64,000 nucleotides of DNA from assembly GCA_958296135.2 (NCBI GenBank), contig CATQHZ020000001.1, forward strand, positions 640,001-704,000, read 5' to 3'. This document shows positions 62,101 through 64,000 of the stretch, piece after piece; positions within the stretch are counted from its first letter, which is position 1, and each line of letters opens with the position of its first letter. The notes under the pieces were generated by a model. That model had not been told where the DNA came from. It made no database searches and saw nothing but the letters and a program-made list of their open reading frames with translations. The DNA comes from an uncultured Poribacteria bacterium (GTDB taxonomy: Bacteria; Poribacteria; WGA-4E; WGA-3G). The position numbers and the translations under genes are program-made.

Positions 62101-62253
62101 CGTTAGCGTGATGGCATGTCCGAGGCAGGCCGCGCTCTGTTCCAAGAACGTTGTCAGGTGCCGATGGAGGGAGAGTTCCTCGGTTGCGAGCGGGCTGTCG
62201 TGCGTCTCTTGGAGTTCTCGCAGATAGGTGTGACATATTTGTTGAAAGTGCAT
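59149..62253 (-). CDS. Single-chain restriction-modification enzyme (type ISP-like specificity domain, no helicase)
   Basis: GRPDF..IEAE N-terminus, GVYYTP, DPATGTG, GNPPY, YDFPRIP and IGSYQVCEKWLRDR. Confidence 0.85.
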   Translation of the reverse strand: MHFQQICHTYLRELQETHDSPLATEELSLHRHLTTFLEQSAACLGHAITLTHEPRQLEVGRPDFIAMAGLLPIGYIEAEKFGTNLDALTGHAREQNARFIENLDNFILTNFLEFRLYTEGQLRATANLSPVHTLETLLNHFFGAGTLNITTPEVLATHLARRTRELHTQIATALTDEESTLFRMFKAFQEQLLSTLTPPDFADMYAQTLAYGLFAARYTLPNATNFSRSTAADALPNSNPFLIELFQQITARRLQNSNVTWILDEIATLLRSVSTDMLRTAFDARTHAEDPVIHFYETFLAAYDPRRRVDRGVYYTPQPVISYIVRSVDALLKTALKKQDGLADNDTLILDPATGTGGFLMAVLNHIRQHVIETDGAAAWAPYVNTSLVPRLFGFELLVAPYTIAHLNLSRFLQAHGWTPSDAERLHIYLTNTLEAPVEREGHIFAEFLTDEANAAVSVKRDLPLLVIVGNPPYPENSANLSRNRHGEFTFIGRLIEDYKRVEGRPLSERSTTVLQGDCVKFIRWAQWRIEQNGEGVVGYIVNHSFLDGPIPRGMRYSLIDSFNAIYLLNLHGNSRRTEAVPDGQSNENVFDIQQGVSILLCVKERGNPAPAKVYYADMWGSREEKYRVLASSDVLSTDWEELHPSSPLYLFVPQRTEHKAEYENGWRVTDIFQERSVGFVTSRDKLTMHRTEEAVRQTVADFAPLSEAEARARYNLGRDGRDWKVHSAQADLRAHCDAKTGDSVTHYSPKDEYVVSAGYRAFDSRFTYYTGQSRGFYSTPARNIMHHLLAGQNLALCTCRIVTIPVWQHALVTDKISDKCYLSNKPSESGYVFPLYLYPHPEELELARERALNLTPAFLKALAEKLGGPRTAQFGLPEGISPEDILAYIYAVLHSPAYRERYAEFLRYDFPRIPLPTDMTQFQKLAGLGHILIDAHLGRREHPSTTSRFEGEGDSVVARVQYREGRVWINRTQSFSEVPSAVWAFEIGSYQVCEKWLRDRRGEALTHADIRQYRQVLASVAETLRVMQAIDEV

Positions 62254-62409
62254 ATTGGTTCCAGTGCTCGTGGCGCGGGGCAAACCCTCGGCAGTTAGTG
62301 ACTGCCGGGCCCCCGCGAACTTTCTGCGGGCCCGACTCGGGCGCGGGACAGGTTTTCCCTCGCCCGACAGGCCGGGCCGGCGGGGACAGGAGGAGAGAGT
62401 CCTCTGTCC

Positions 62410-63285
62410 TTACGATTCCTCAGCGGATTTTTGCCGGTCGCGTTCAATTTGCAATTGCCGGTAGGCTTCTTTGAGTTGTGCAAGTTCCTCAAAAGCCTCG
62501 TCGGCTCGTGCGTCGGCTTGTTCGGCATCGGCTCGTGCTTGTTCGGCATCGGCTTCTGCGCGCTGCTGCGCCAGCGTCGCCCGCGCTGCTGCTGCCTCGG
62601 CACGCTCTGCTAGCGTCTCAAAGGCTTCAACCCGCTCCGCAGCCGCATCCATCGGTGTCTCTAACCACCGCAACGCAACCGGATCATAGAACCCAAAGCT
62701 ATCCCCGCGTAACCCCAGAGACAACCCTAGCGTCTCTGAAAACACTTTCCCATCCGCCTCAGGCCGAATCGCAACATAGCCGCTGCCAACAAGCCGAAAC
62801 CCCATCAACGGAGCAGGTAAATACTTACGCTCCGCATCGTAAAGGAAGTATTCCCGGACACCCAGCACTTCAGCGTAGAGTGTCTTCTTCGCACCCAGGT
62901 CGTTTTCAAACGTGCTTTTGCTCGAAAACTCTAACACGAAATCCGGGGGTTTGCCTTCTTCCCAGATTTTGTAGATGCGCCGCTGCTTCCGGGCGACACC
63001 GAACGTCACAAACACATCCGGTGCCAGCGATTTCCGGCTCTCGCCAAGGGTGTAATACATGAGCATGTTGCCAGAGACGCAGACATCGGGGATGTGCTGA
63101 AAGCGTGCGTCGAGCGTCAAGAGGGAGTCAATGAGTAGGTCGCGATGCAGTTCGGTTTCAGCCATAGGTTGTCCATCCGATTCGGGATAGTCGGTGGTAT
63201 CCTCCGTTGCGGGGTGATAAGGGCGCGGCGGCGGTGCGCCGCGGTAAGCGGGGTATATCGCTTCGGCGTGTCTATTGGTTTGCAT
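62410..63285 (-). CDS. Uma2 family endonuclease with coiled-coil tail
   Basis: YPESDGQPMAE, APDVFV, PDFVLEFSS, GVREYFLYD. Confidence 0.9.
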   Translation of the reverse strand: MQTNRHAEAIYPAYRGAPPPRPYHPATEDTTDYPESDGQPMAETELHRDLLIDSLLTLDARFQHIPDVCVSGNMLMYYTLGESRKSLAPDVFVTFGVARKQRRIYKIWEEGKPPDFVLEFSSKSTFENDLGAKKTLYAEVLGVREYFLYDAERKYLPAPLMGFRLVGSGYVAIRPEADGKVFSETLGLSLGLRGDSFGFYDPVALRWLETPMDAAAERVEAFETLAERAEAAAARATLAQQRAEADAEQARADAEQADARADEAFEELAQLKEAYRQLQIERDRQKSAEES

Positions 63286-63324
63286 TGTCGTTTCTCCTTG
63301 CGCGTCGGAATAACTCTTATGTTA

Positions 63325-63353
63325 AGTATACCATCAAACAGCGCGGGTGTCAA
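63325..63353 (-). promoter_or_regulatory. Sigma70 promoter TTGACA-N17-TATACT for the Uma2/RM pair
   Basis: Hexamers at 63348-63353 and 63325-63330. Confidence 0.65.
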
Positions 63354-63456
63354 GTTTTTCTTGCGATTTTTCGCGAAGCGGTGTAGAATGTTTCTAGACA
63401 TGCGAGATGGCGAGGGACAGGTTTGCCCTCGCTCGCGCTGCGGGAAGGCGGGACGG

Positions 63457-64000
63457 TTACAGCAACAGTCCCTCCTCCGCCATTTCAATTGCACTGAGCA
63501 GTGCGCGCGCCTTGTTCATGGTCTCATAATACTCATTTTCAGGCACGGAATCCGCGACGACTCCGCCGCCCGCCTGCACGGATGCCACGCCATCTTTAAT
63601 GACAGCGGTTCGGATAGTAATCGCCGTGTCAGCACTGCCCGAGAAGCTGAAATATCCGACTGCGCCGCCATAGGGGCCTCGGCGCGTTGGTTCCAGTTCG
63701 TCAATGATTTCCATGGCGCGAATCTTCGGTGCGCCGGAGAGCGTCCCCGCCGGTAGGCACGACCGGATGACATCAAACGCCGACAAGTCCTTTCGCAACT
63801 GCCCGATAACATGCGAGACAATGTGCATCACGTGCGAGAAGCGTTCAACTATCATCAGATCGGTGACTTCCACGGTGTGGTAGTCGCATACACGCCCGAG
63901 GTCGTTTCTACTGAGGTCGACGAGCATGACATGTTCGGCGCGTTCCTTCGGGTCTGCGAGGAGTTGTTGTTCTAATTCCCTATCTTCCTCGGCGGTTTTG
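63457..64000 (-). CDS. trpE: Anthranilate synthase component I, 3' part (runs off the window)
   Basis: [51 protein letters not shown]. Confidence 0.93.
   Translation of the reverse strand, partial: KTAEEDRELEQQLLADPKERAEHVMLVDLSRNDLGRVCDYHTVEVTDLMIVERFSHVMHIVSHVIGQLRKDLSAFDVIRSCLPAGTLSGAPKIRAMEIIDELEPTRRGPYGGAVGYFSFSGSADTAITIRTAVIKDGVASVQAGGGVVADSVPENEYYETMNKARALLSAIEMAEEGLLL

Noticed and set aside
62495-62560. 21-bp repeats in the Uma2 tail (AEQARAD)
   Set aside because: Ordinary heptad expansion in a coiled coil, common in this family
1-64000. Diversity-generating retroelement, retron, prophage or intact IS
   Set aside because: No reverse transcriptase, transposase, integrase or phage structural gene recognised, and no template/variable repeat pair seen

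Overview
64 kb of bacterial chromosome, most likely from Candidatus Poribacteria. This is an inference from several secreted LamG/CBM proteins ending in a KLATTWGxLK motif, plus PhyH, Uma2 and TPR families. Housekeeping genes include serA, ssrA-smpB, mtnK, asd, hup, sppA, secA, tRNA-Pro(GGG), hom, rpmF-fabHDG-acpP-fabF, folK, sucC, pgk, proS, sucD, panB, trpG and trpE. They are interspersed with four DNA methyltransferase genes at three loci whose nuclease partners are deleted, frameshifted or atypical, and with a small AT-richer island. Main signals: (1) at least six families of short palindromic REP-like elements, mostly starting GTAG/GTAA, fill the intergenic space and have also entered coding sequences in frame (a methyltransferase, panB, sucD, an RND adaptor) and supplied a start codon to an emfourin-like gene; (2) three secreted proteins share a C-terminal motif that looks like an unnamed sorting signal; (3) an exact 4 x 98-bp tandem array lies in the secA leader; (4) a G9 tract frameshifts a methyltransferase-endonuclease fusion, a phase-variation candidate. 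All family assignments come from motif recognition by eye; no searches were run.
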